Under the pieces are notes generated by a model. It was given only the letters and a program-made list of their open reading frames with translations, made no database searches and had not been told where the DNA came from. The position numbers and the translations under genes are program-made. A DNA stretch of 64,000 bases from an uncultured Eubacteriales bacterium (GTDB lineage Bacteria > Bacillota > Clostridia > Lachnospirales > Lachnospiraceae), in the NCBI GenBank assembly GCA_900314845.1, contig OMWV01000054.1, positions 21,631 to 85,630 on the forward strand, given 5' to 3'. How positions within the stretch are numbered: the stretch's first letter is position 1; every line of letters begins with the position of its first letter. Positions 56,344 to 64,000 of the stretch are shown piece by piece.

Positions 56344-57840
56344 ATGATGGAACAAAAAGAGAGAATACTGAGTCTTAAGTCGATTGTCAGAGCTGTTTGT
56401 CTGAAATGGGTAAGAGTTTTGACCTTTGCACTTATCTGTGCGCTGTTGGCGGGAGCATACGAAGGAGCGAAGGAATGGCCTCTGACGCATATCAATAAGG
56501 AGCAGGGTGAGAATAATACCAGTTCGGATGATTATTCCAATAATTATGAGTTGATAAAAAAAGATCTAAGCAGTAAGAACAGGTATCTGAAAGAATCCTT
56601 GATTGCTCAGATCGATCCCAATAATGAAGCCCTCGCGAGCGCAAAAATGTATGTGAGAACGCCTGCAATGAAAGCTGAGAACAGCAAAGCGACTACTTCA
56701 ACGTCTGATAATAAAAAGGATAATGATAATGTGGTTACGGCTGCAGGGACTGTTGCAGTGCCTGCAGGCAGTGATGGCAGCACATCAACGGGCAGTGACA
56801 GCGTTATTTCAACAGTTTCTATTACAGAGGCAGAAAGAGTAGCATCAAATATCTTAAATGAATATATATACTATTCACTGAATCTATTGGATTGGGATAA
56901 ACTGGCTGAAGAAATGGATAGCAAACCTCAATATCTGAGTGAACTGATCTCTGTATCTGAGGTAGATTCCGGGAATGTTTCTGCTACATTATCTGTAAAA
57001 TATAAGGATGTGGAAGGAGCTAAAAAGATTCTGGATTACGTGAGCCAACAGTTGGAAAGCAAAAACAATGCACTTACTGATGAATATGGTGTATATGAAT
57101 TTCAGATAAAAGACTCAAATGTTGAGACAGTTGTAGATAGGAGTCTGTCCAATTGGTTGAACGGATGTGTCAGCGATATGAACAATCTGATGCGTACTCA
57201 GGATACATTCAAAACGGCAGTTGGTGCCTTAGATCCTGCAATGAAGACGGAGATTCTTGATAAAAAGACAGTATTAAAACATGTAATAAAGTATGGAATC
57301 CTCGGTTTTGCCGGTGGGGCTGTCATTTATTTTATCCTTGCTATACTTGCAGCGGCAGTTTCCGGAAAAGTTCTTGCGGGGAAGGATCTTATTGAACAAT
57401 ATGGTCTGAAAAAGCTGGCGGTTATGCCTTCCCCTGACCCAGCACAATTACGCGGTTTCAGCAAGAGAGTTGCAGGCTGGGGATCAGAATATTTCAGCGG
57501 CGAGAATGAGGAACAGTGCTTGAAGATTGCAGCAGCCAATATCAGGCATTCCGTACAGAACATAAATAAGATCGCACTCGTTGGTGATCTGCCGGAAGAG
57601 GAAATGGATAAGATGTCTGAGAAACTTTCAAATCTTATTGACGGGAGCACCAGTATTCTGACAGCAGCAAATATTAACGAGGATCCAGACGCTATTGACA
57701 GATTGTCTGCGTCCGATTCGGTTATTCTTGTTTCTCGCGTGAATGAATCCAGATTCAGCAGGATAGATGGAATTTTGCGCACTGTATCTGATTGCGGAAA
57801 ATCAGTACTAGGCGGGATCGTTCTGGGGAGTTCTAAATGA
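56344..57840 (+). CDS. Wzz/chain-length-determinant-like protein fused to a degenerate BY-kinase-like C-terminal domain
   Basis: TM1 lies at about residues 20-40, then a long coiled or periplasmic region, then TM2 (YGILGFAGGAVIYFILAILAAAV). The cytoplasmic tail ...IALVGD...VILVSRVNESRF...SVLGGIVLG resembles CpsD but lacks a Walker A and a Tyr cluster. Confidence 0.6.
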   Translation: MMEQKERILSLKSIVRAVCLKWVRVLTFALICALLAGAYEGAKEWPLTHINKEQGENNTSSDDYSNNYELIKKDLSSKNRYLKESLIAQIDPNNEALASAKMYVRTPAMKAENSKATTSTSDNKKDNDNVVTAAGTVAVPAGSDGSTSTGSDSVISTVSITEAERVASNILNEYIYYSLNLLDWDKLAEEMDSKPQYLSELISVSEVDSGNVSATLSVKYKDVEGAKKILDYVSQQLESKNNALTDEYGVYEFQIKDSNVETVVDRSLSNWLNGCVSDMNNLMRTQDTFKTAVGALDPAMKTEILDKKTVLKHVIKYGILGFAGGAVIYFILAILAAAVSGKVLAGKDLIEQYGLKKLAVMPSPDPAQLRGFSKRVAGWGSEYFSGENEEQCLKIAAANIRHSVQNINKIALVGDLPEEEMDKMSEKLSNLIDGSTSILTAANINEDPDAIDRLSASDSVILVSRVNESRFSRIDGILRTVSDCGKSVLGGIVLGSSK

Positions 57841-59318
57841 GAAAACAGATTTCATTAAAGAAGAATTTCATAATGAATGCGATATTGACATTGTCGTCAT
57901 TCATATTTCCTTTAATCACCTTTCCATATGTTTCAAGGATACTTTTGCCAGTTGGCACTGGAAGAGTAAGTTTCGCTACATCTGTCATCGCCTATTTTAA
58001 TATGTTCGCTCAGCTTGGGATACCTACTTATGGTATCCGAGCTTGCGCCAGAGTCAGGGATAATAAGGAAGAACTGACCAGAACCACGCATGAGCTGCTC
58101 ATGATCAATGTAATCATGAGCATTTTTATGTACATAGTTCTTGCTGCAGCTCTGGCCTTTATACCGAGGTTGAGGGCTGACAGATTACTCTTTATCATAG
58201 TGAGTGCGAGTATATTTCTTAACGCTATTGGTATGGAGTACCTGTACAGGGGATTGGAACAGTATACCTATATTACGGTCCGTTCTATTATTTTCAAATT
58301 TATTGCTCTGGCGGCTATGTTTCTTCTGGTGCATCAGAAGAGTGATTATATTATTTACGGCGGAATCAGTATATTTGCAGCGTCCGCTTCTAACATTATG
58401 AATTTTATAAATGCAAGGAAGTATATCTATATGCATCCAGTCGGCGGATACAATATGCGCCGACATTTCAAAGCTGTGGGTATATTTTTTGCCATGTCTG
58501 TTGCCACAACAGTGTACACCAATCTGGATACGATCATGCTTGGATTTATGACAACAGATGATGATGTTGGTTATTACAATACTGCTGTAAAGATAAAAGT
58601 CATATTGGTAGGTATTGTCACATCTTTGGGGGGTGTTTTGCTTCCCAGATCCTCCTATTATGTAGAAAATGGTCAGATGGATGAATTCCGCAGATTGTCA
58701 AGGAAAGCACTGCGGTTTGTATGGCTTCTCGCGGCTCCTCTGGCTTTGTACTTCATCCTCTTTTCGGCACAGGGAATTTATTTTCTCTCCGGCCCGGCCT
58801 TCAAGGGTTCGATCTTGCCCATGCAGTGGATCATGCCGACAGTACTCTTCATAGGACTTACAAATATAACCGGAATTCAGATTCTGGTACCTCTTGGCAG
58901 AGAAAAATATGTATTATATTCAGAGATAGGGGGAGCCGTAACAGATCTCATTATCAACGCGCTCCTCATACCACATTTTAAATCGACAGGAGCCTCCATT
59001 GGAACGCTTGCAGCGGAGTTTGTAGTATTACTTATTCAGTGTATTGCCTTAAAAGATACTGCCAAAAAACTTTTTTCCAGCCTCCCTTATCTGGAATCAA
59101 TACTGGGATTAGCCCTGGCCTCGTTGGGATCTGTATGGGCAGTTTGGCTTCATTTTGTCGAAAACCTTACGCTTAACAGTTTTCTTATATTGATAATTTC
59201 AGCTGTCTGCTTCTTTGGAATATATATTATTGTACTAGTCTTATTTAAAGAGCCTCTGCTTAAGGAAATGGCTCAGACCGCAGTTGGAAAGCTGAAAGCC
59301 AAAACAGGAGGAAGTTAA
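57837..59318 (+). CDS. wzx: Wzx-type polysaccharide flippase (MOP superfamily)
   Basis: The protein has about 12-14 TM segments and the typical N-terminus KKNFIMNAILTLSSFIFPLITFPYVSRIL. Its start overlaps the upstream stop as ATGA. Confidence 0.85.
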   Translation: MRKQISLKKNFIMNAILTLSSFIFPLITFPYVSRILLPVGTGRVSFATSVIAYFNMFAQLGIPTYGIRACARVRDNKEELTRTTHELLMINVIMSIFMYIVLAAALAFIPRLRADRLLFIIVSASIFLNAIGMEYLYRGLEQYTYITVRSIIFKFIALAAMFLLVHQKSDYIIYGGISIFAASASNIMNFINARKYIYMHPVGGYNMRRHFKAVGIFFAMSVATTVYTNLDTIMLGFMTTDDDVGYYNTAVKIKVILVGIVTSLGGVLLPRSSYYVENGQMDEFRRLSRKALRFVWLLAAPLALYFILFSAQGIYFLSGPAFKGSILPMQWIMPTVLFIGLTNITGIQILVPLGREKYVLYSEIGGAVTDLIINALLIPHFKSTGASIGTLAAEFVVLLIQCIALKDTAKKLFSSLPYLESILGLALASLGSVWAVWLHFVENLTLNSFLILIISAVCFFGIYIIVLVLFKEPLLKEMAQTAVGKLKAKTGGS

Positions 59319-59343
59319 TAATTTTTTAGCTGTTGCCAGACTG

Positions 59344-60366
59344 TTATTTTTTTGTTTTGTAACCAAATATTTTTCGTACAGGGTTTATTCTACAGGCTAT
59401 TAACAGGCCGATGGAAATAATTATCAGTTTTGTAATTATTCGAAAAGCCAGGAAATAGCTTGAAGAATTTTGTGGAAGAAATGTCATAAGCTGATACAGG
59501 CGAGTATAATTTATTAATCTGAGTTCAAGTATATGGATGCTCAGAAAGAGAAGGCTGTATTTGCCTGCTGAGGCAAAAATATTAGCCAATAAGGAAATAT
59601 GACGGTCAATAAAACCAGAAAGCAGGAGAAGCATATAACATCCGCATAGACTGCCGACGATATCTGCCATACCATTTCCGACTTCACAGTGGACTAGCCA
59701 GAAAGCCTTGAAATTTCGAATCATCCACAGCCACATAATAAAAGCGCCCAGAGTTATTATTCCATGGAAGCTGCTATTTAACAAATCTCGGATCTTTTGT
59801 TGTTCCCTGTTCAGTATATAGCCGATATACATATAGAGAAGAGCAAAACTCCCAGCTTGTATACTGAGTGGAAGCCAGACGATTCGACGACTGTATAATG
59901 AAAGAAGTAATATAAGGATGATTGTGATCAGTTGACAGGATATTTTTTATTTTAGTATCATTTTCAGCGTAAGTTCTCCCCAGAACGTTGCCCAGAGAAA
60001 CCAGATTGCACCAATCGATGCAATGTAAAAAGGTTTTGTATAACTATCTCCAGCCCCGTAGAGTGAAGCGTATATGTAATTAAGAAGATTTATCTTCCTA
60101 AAACCTGGTTCGGCAGATAGTGTGGAAAGAAGAATGAGAAGGATACAGGTAAAGTAATAAGGAACAAGCAGTTGTTTGGCTTTTTTCCATATAAATAACT
60201 TATTGGAATCGGTATCATGAAAGAAATAACCAGAGATAAGAAAAAATATGGGAAGATGATAGGTAAATACGACCTGATTGATGGCACTATTTGAAAGGTG
60301 TCCCAGGACAATACTGATCATAGCGATGCCACGGGCAATATCTATTGTTCTGTTACGTTCATGCAT
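59344..60366 (-). pseudogene. Acyltransferase-3 family (O-acetyltransferase) gene interrupted by one in-frame TAA
   Basis: The N-terminus RTIDIARGIAMISIVLGHL...YHLPIFFLISGYF is the canonical acyltransferase_3 start. Track ORFs 59947..60366 and 59344..59832 share a frame. The intervening 38 codons are open and hydrophobic, and the TAA at 59947-59949 is the only stop. The total of 341 codons is the normal family length. Confidence 0.8.
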
Positions 60367-60661
60367 TGGTAATGTTCCTTCTTATGAATGAATCGATTAT
60401 TTGCTGCTGATATAACACTTGCTGTAAAACTATTAAATCTATTCTAGCATAAAAACTGCTGTTTTATAGCACTGTTATCATCCGAGTAGAATTTTTCAAA
60501 TATATCTTGTTGGAGCGTTAGTGCATAAAGATGACTTTCAATAAATGGGAGCCGAATAGGCATTGTGAAAACTCTTTAAAGTTTGTGCTAAATATGGTAC
60601 ATTTATTCATGATTCATGCTTTCGCAAGCAGAAGTTGTTAACAGTGGAGAGATAAAGGTTG

Positions 60662-61708
60662 ATGAAAGAGCCTGTATATGATATGAAAAGACAGCCGTTA
60701 TTAAGTGTTGTTATTCCTGCTTATAACGCTGAGAATACATTAGCAGCGTGTATTGGCAGTTTAGAGGATAGTACCTGTAACAGGTATATTGAGATTCTTG
60801 TAGTAGAGAATGGATCAACAGATAATACAGATAGTATAATAGAATCACTATGCAATAAATATGATAATGTGAAGGGCTTTCATTCTCCTAAGGGTGTGTC
60901 CAATGCCAGAAACGCCGGTATAGAGAAGGCTGCCGGACAGTGGATCCTGTTTGTCGATGCAGATGATGAGATAATAAAAGGCAAATTATCTGTGATCGTG
61001 CGTTACGCACAGGATTCGGCCAGTGATCTGGTATTGTTCGGCCACGAAAAAGCAGGTCAGATTCTGCTAATCTCTGACACTGATAAGATATGGTCAGGGG
61101 AAGAGGCAGTTGCGTCAGCAAGAGAGCTGATGATGGAGAGACCCACAAAATATATGCCTGTTTGGGGAAAATTGTTTAAAAGGAATCTTATCACAGATCA
61201 TGATCTGAGATTTGATCCGGAACTGACCATGGCTGAGGACAGCGAGTTTCTGATCAGGTATACGCATTACTGTAAGGCGATAGAATTCTCGAAGGAAGCT
61301 GTTTATCAATATAATCTCTATGGTGATTCGGCGGTCCGGACATTTAACTATGAAAATGTCCAAGCATATACCAGATCAATGAAGGCATCTGCTGCTTTTG
61401 TCAGACAGGAGAGCAGCAGGATGAAAGAAGCCTTTTATAAATATGTGGCAGTGCATATGACCCTTATTCTGGTCCGCACCGTTTTCTGTATGCAAAATAA
61501 AGATAGCCTGAGCAGAAAGCTTTCCGTGGAAAAGCGCATTTCCCGGATTCCGGTGTTTGCACGGGCGGTCAGACATATTAGTCTAAGGGACTGCAAAGGG
61601 AATCCGGCTCTTTTGCCGGCATATTTTATCAAGGGCGGGCATTTTCATGCAGCCGCTTTTGTATGTCGGGTCAGGGCTTATAGTAATCATAAAAAAGAGA
61701 ATCCGTGA
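60662..61708 (+). CDS. Family 2 glycosyltransferase
   Basis: Motifs are LLSVVIPAYNAENTL, VENGSTDNT and FVDADDE (DxD). Confidence 0.85.
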   Translation: MKEPVYDMKRQPLLSVVIPAYNAENTLAACIGSLEDSTCNRYIEILVVENGSTDNTDSIIESLCNKYDNVKGFHSPKGVSNARNAGIEKAAGQWILFVDADDEIIKGKLSVIVRYAQDSASDLVLFGHEKAGQILLISDTDKIWSGEEAVASARELMMERPTKYMPVWGKLFKRNLITDHDLRFDPELTMAEDSEFLIRYTHYCKAIEFSKEAVYQYNLYGDSAVRTFNYENVQAYTRSMKASAAFVRQESSRMKEAFYKYVAVHMTLILVRTVFCMQNKDSLSRKLSVEKRISRIPVFARAVRHISLRDCKGNPALLPAYFIKGGHFHAAAFVCRVRAYSNHKKENP

Positions 61709-61732
61709 GTAACAGATATGGAGGACTGAGAA

Positions 61733-62812
61733 ATGGATTATTATGTGGCAGAATATCAGATCGTTGAGGGTACTGCTAAGACAGCAGGGACGAAGGCCAG
61801 AGATGATGTCGGGAATATTCTTAACAGTCTGAATATAAAGCAGATCACGATTCCTGCCAATATGACTGACAGAGAATCACTCCCTAAGTTTGAGAAGATA
61901 AAATTTCATATTGATGTTCTGAGAAAATGGGGAGAAGCCCTTTCAGTATTAAAGAAGGGTGACCGGGTAATTATACAGTTCCCCAATATCGAGCATTCTG
62001 TATTTCTTCCTCTGCTCTTTGGCAGGTTAAAGAGCAAGGGTATAAAGATCATATTTTTGATCCATGATCTGGAGCTTTTGCGCAGGGGGAAAAGGACGGA
62101 TGTGAGCTTCAGCAGCAAGCTGCGCACAAGGCTTGAAGAAAATAACGCTCTAAGAGCAGGTGAGAAGATCATAGTCCATAACAGGAAGATGCTGCAGTAT
62201 ATGATACAGCTCGGCTTCCCGGCAGAGAAATTGATAAACCTCAGGATATTTGACTATCTGATCCCGGATTATGATGAGAAGAGGATGGCGCAGCGCAAGA
62301 TAGACAAGAATCTGCCCATTATCATTGCCGGAAATCTTCGCAGGCATAAGGCAGCTTACGTTTATGAGCTCGATGATACAGCAGAGTTTAATTTATTCGG
62401 TATCGGCTATGATGGAAGAAATGACGATCAGATACATTATCTGGGTGCCCGCGAGCCGGATGATCTTCCTTGCGGAATGGAGGGAAGCTTTGGACTTGTC
62501 TGGGACGGTGAATCTACGCAGACCTGCAGCGGAGCTTTTGGCGAATATCTGAGGATCAATAATCCGCATAAAGTGTCCCTCTATCTTGTCTCAGGGATCC
62601 CGGTCATTATCTGGGATCAGGCTGCTTTAGCCTCTTTTATCAGGCATTATAATTGCGGTATTACGGTCAGCTCGCTGTCGGAGATAAAGGAGAGAGTATC
62701 TTCAATGAGCGAGGAAGAGTACCGGACAATGAAGAAGAACGCAGGCCGGATAGGGACAAGGCTTAGAAACGGATACTATACAAAGAAAGCACTGGAAAAA
62801 GCAGAAGGATAA
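61733..62812 (+). CDS. Putative glycosyltransferase (WbbI / galactofuranosyltransferase-like by recollection)
   Basis: FGLVWDG...YLRINNPHKVSLYLVSGIPVIIWDQAALASFI resembles the sugar-transferase family found in Gram-positive EPS loci. A GGAGGA RBS precedes the start. Confidence 0.5.
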   Translation: MDYYVAEYQIVEGTAKTAGTKARDDVGNILNSLNIKQITIPANMTDRESLPKFEKIKFHIDVLRKWGEALSVLKKGDRVIIQFPNIEHSVFLPLLFGRLKSKGIKIIFLIHDLELLRRGKRTDVSFSSKLRTRLEENNALRAGEKIIVHNRKMLQYMIQLGFPAEKLINLRIFDYLIPDYDEKRMAQRKIDKNLPIIIAGNLRRHKAAYVYELDDTAEFNLFGIGYDGRNDDQIHYLGAREPDDLPCGMEGSFGLVWDGESTQTCSGAFGEYLRINNPHKVSLYLVSGIPVIIWDQAALASFIRHYNCGITVSSLSEIKERVSSMSEEEYRTMKKNAGRIGTRLRNGYYTKKALEKAEG

Positions 62813-62845
62813 TAAAAATATATCTTGGGGGGAACAAGAAGAGAG

Positions 62846-63652
62846 ATGAGAAGAAGATTAACAGCTGAGCAGATAAAAGATGAGGAGTTAAATATTCTGC
62901 TCGAGGTAGACAAATTCTGCAAAGAGAATAATATTTGCTATTGTCTTGCGGGCGGTACCCTTTTGGGTGCTGTCAGGCATCATGGTTTTATTCCGTGGGA
63001 CGACGATATCGATATCTGCATGCCGCGGAAAGATTATATCCGATTTATTCACACTTTCCATTCGGAGAACAAAAATTTAAGAGTAAGGAGCAACATACTG
63101 GGCAATTATCCCCACCCATTTACCAAGGTCATTAACAGGGGGATCCGCTGCCTGTCGACATATGACACATCAGAGGCAAATAAATATTTGTGGATCGATA
63201 TCCTGCCTGTAGACGGTCTCCCTACCGATCAAAAAGAACTGAAGAAGCTGTATAAGGAAGAAGATTTTTACAGGCATATTCTCAAGCTTTGCAGCGCCCG
63301 TCTCGGCGAGGGCAAGAACAGGGCGAGGAAGACAGTAAAATATATATTAAAGCCATTAGCTCTTCTCTATGGAGAAAAGAGGGCGGCAAGAAAGATGGAA
63401 AAAATCGCTTCCCGGTACCCTTATAAATCATCAGAATATGTCGGGATCATTACCTGGGGTCTTTACGGACCTGGCGAGCGAATGAAAAAAGATGAGTTTG
63501 AAAAGAAAGAATACTTATCCTTTGAAGGCCATATGCTTCCCGTATTTTCCTGCTGGGACTCCTATCTTCATGGCCTCTACCATGACTATATGACGCTTCC
63601 GCCTGTAGAGAAACGGGCAACACATGAAATGAGGGTCTATAGAATTCATTGA
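62846..63652 (+). CDS. licD: LicD-family phosphotransferase
   Basis: Motifs are CLAGGTLLGAVRHHGFIPWDDDIDICMPRKDY and WIDILPVD. Confidence 0.85.
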   Translation: MRRRLTAEQIKDEELNILLEVDKFCKENNICYCLAGGTLLGAVRHHGFIPWDDDIDICMPRKDYIRFIHTFHSENKNLRVRSNILGNYPHPFTKVINRGIRCLSTYDTSEANKYLWIDILPVDGLPTDQKELKKLYKEEDFYRHILKLCSARLGEGKNRARKTVKYILKPLALLYGEKRAARKMEKIASRYPYKSSEYVGIITWGLYGPGERMKKDEFEKKEYLSFEGHMLPVFSCWDSYLHGLYHDYMTLPPVEKRATHEMRVYRIH

Positions 63653-63784
63653 TCGGGCTCATGGAAGAATATTATATTACAAACATTTTAGAGTATCATT
63701 ATACGTATTTATCTTCTCTATGATATAGTCAATTATTCTGAAATAGCATTAGAAAGCAGATTATAGGGAGCAAATGATACGAAA

Positions 63785-64000
63785 TGGAAAGAATATTAAT
63801 ATTCGGAATGACGGAGAACCCCGGCGGAGTTGAAAGTTTTCTCATAAATTATTACCGGCATATAGACAGAAGCAGGGTCCAGTTCGATTTCCTGTGTAAT
63901 TCCTATGAAAAAGTCGCATATGAGGATGAACTGAAGAAATTGGGCGGGCGCTGTTTTCATATCATAGCGAGAAGCAAGAATCCTGTCAGATACAAGGAGC
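63785..64000 (+). CDS. Glycosyltransferase (GT4-like) N-terminal fragment that runs off the window
   Basis: MERILIFGMTENPGGVESFLINYYRHID... is open to the window end. It is not in the ORF track because no stop falls inside the window. Confidence 0.45.

Noticed and set aside
30557-59949. The idea that the in-frame TAG (Uma2 paralog) and TAA (acyltransferase) indicate stop-codon reassignment or programmed read-through.
   Set aside because: The two stop codons differ and each occurs only once. About 60 other genes terminate normally at TAA, TAG or TGA at the expected lengths. Independent nonsense mutations or sequence errors are the simpler explanation.

Overview
This 64-kb window looks like ordinary chromosomal DNA from a moderately GC-rich Firmicutes/Clostridia gut anaerobe, probably Lachnospiraceae-like. 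That assignment is inferred from AGGAGG-type RBSs, lipoprotein signal peptides, a bile-salt hydrolase and the overall gene content. I can support about 60 protein-coding genes, 3 pseudogenes and several terminators and operator-like sites. By eye I found no rRNA, tRNA, CRISPR array, transposase, integrase or phage genes.

Gene blocks in order:
- 0-5 kb: a DUF1848 3' end, a decayed GT8 remnant, a DEDDh exonuclease, a TrkA-C protein, two tandem SAM-methyltransferase paralogs and a DUF2249/CMD protein.
- 5-8 kb: a non-canonical P1B ATPase with a small coiled-coil partner and a divergently transcribed FeoA-like gene.
- 8-16.6 kb: a beta-helix lipoprotein, Lrp-aspA-amidotransferase, cysK, and glycerate kinase with a CdaR regulator.
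- 16.7-31 kb: two diverged HTH-Uma2 paralogs (one carries an in-frame TAG) bracket an SGNH esterase, a MATE pump, a Cys-less PurF-like gene plus GNAT, MarR-Lon, DUF2798, an HD protein and a divergent U32-family pair.
- 31-37.7 kb: a barnase/barstar pair, a YtrA-type GntR-ABC module, a secreted beta-helix protein and bsh.
- 38-44.8 kb: a complete pstSCAB-phoU-RR-phoR regulon with visible Pho boxes.
- 44.9-47.7 kb: YczE-like, YeiH and LysR genes.
- 47.8-52.9 kb: a contiguous pantothenate-to-CoA supercluster (DUF2520/PanG-like, panB, panC, panD, coaBC, coaX).
- 53.2-64 kb: an Rrf2 regulator, then a surface-polysaccharide locus (ugd, wzy-like, wzz-like, wzx, an acyltransferase with an in-frame TAA, GT2, GT, licD, GT). 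Its core is markedly more AT-rich than the rest of the window.

I do not see a clear-cut new defence or mobile system. The best candidates for undescribed biology are the divergent Cys-rich U32 pair, the PurF-like/GNAT pair, the ATPase/FeoA-like module and the HTH-Uma2 fusion family. All family assignments come from motif recognition by eye and need HMM or BLAST confirmation.
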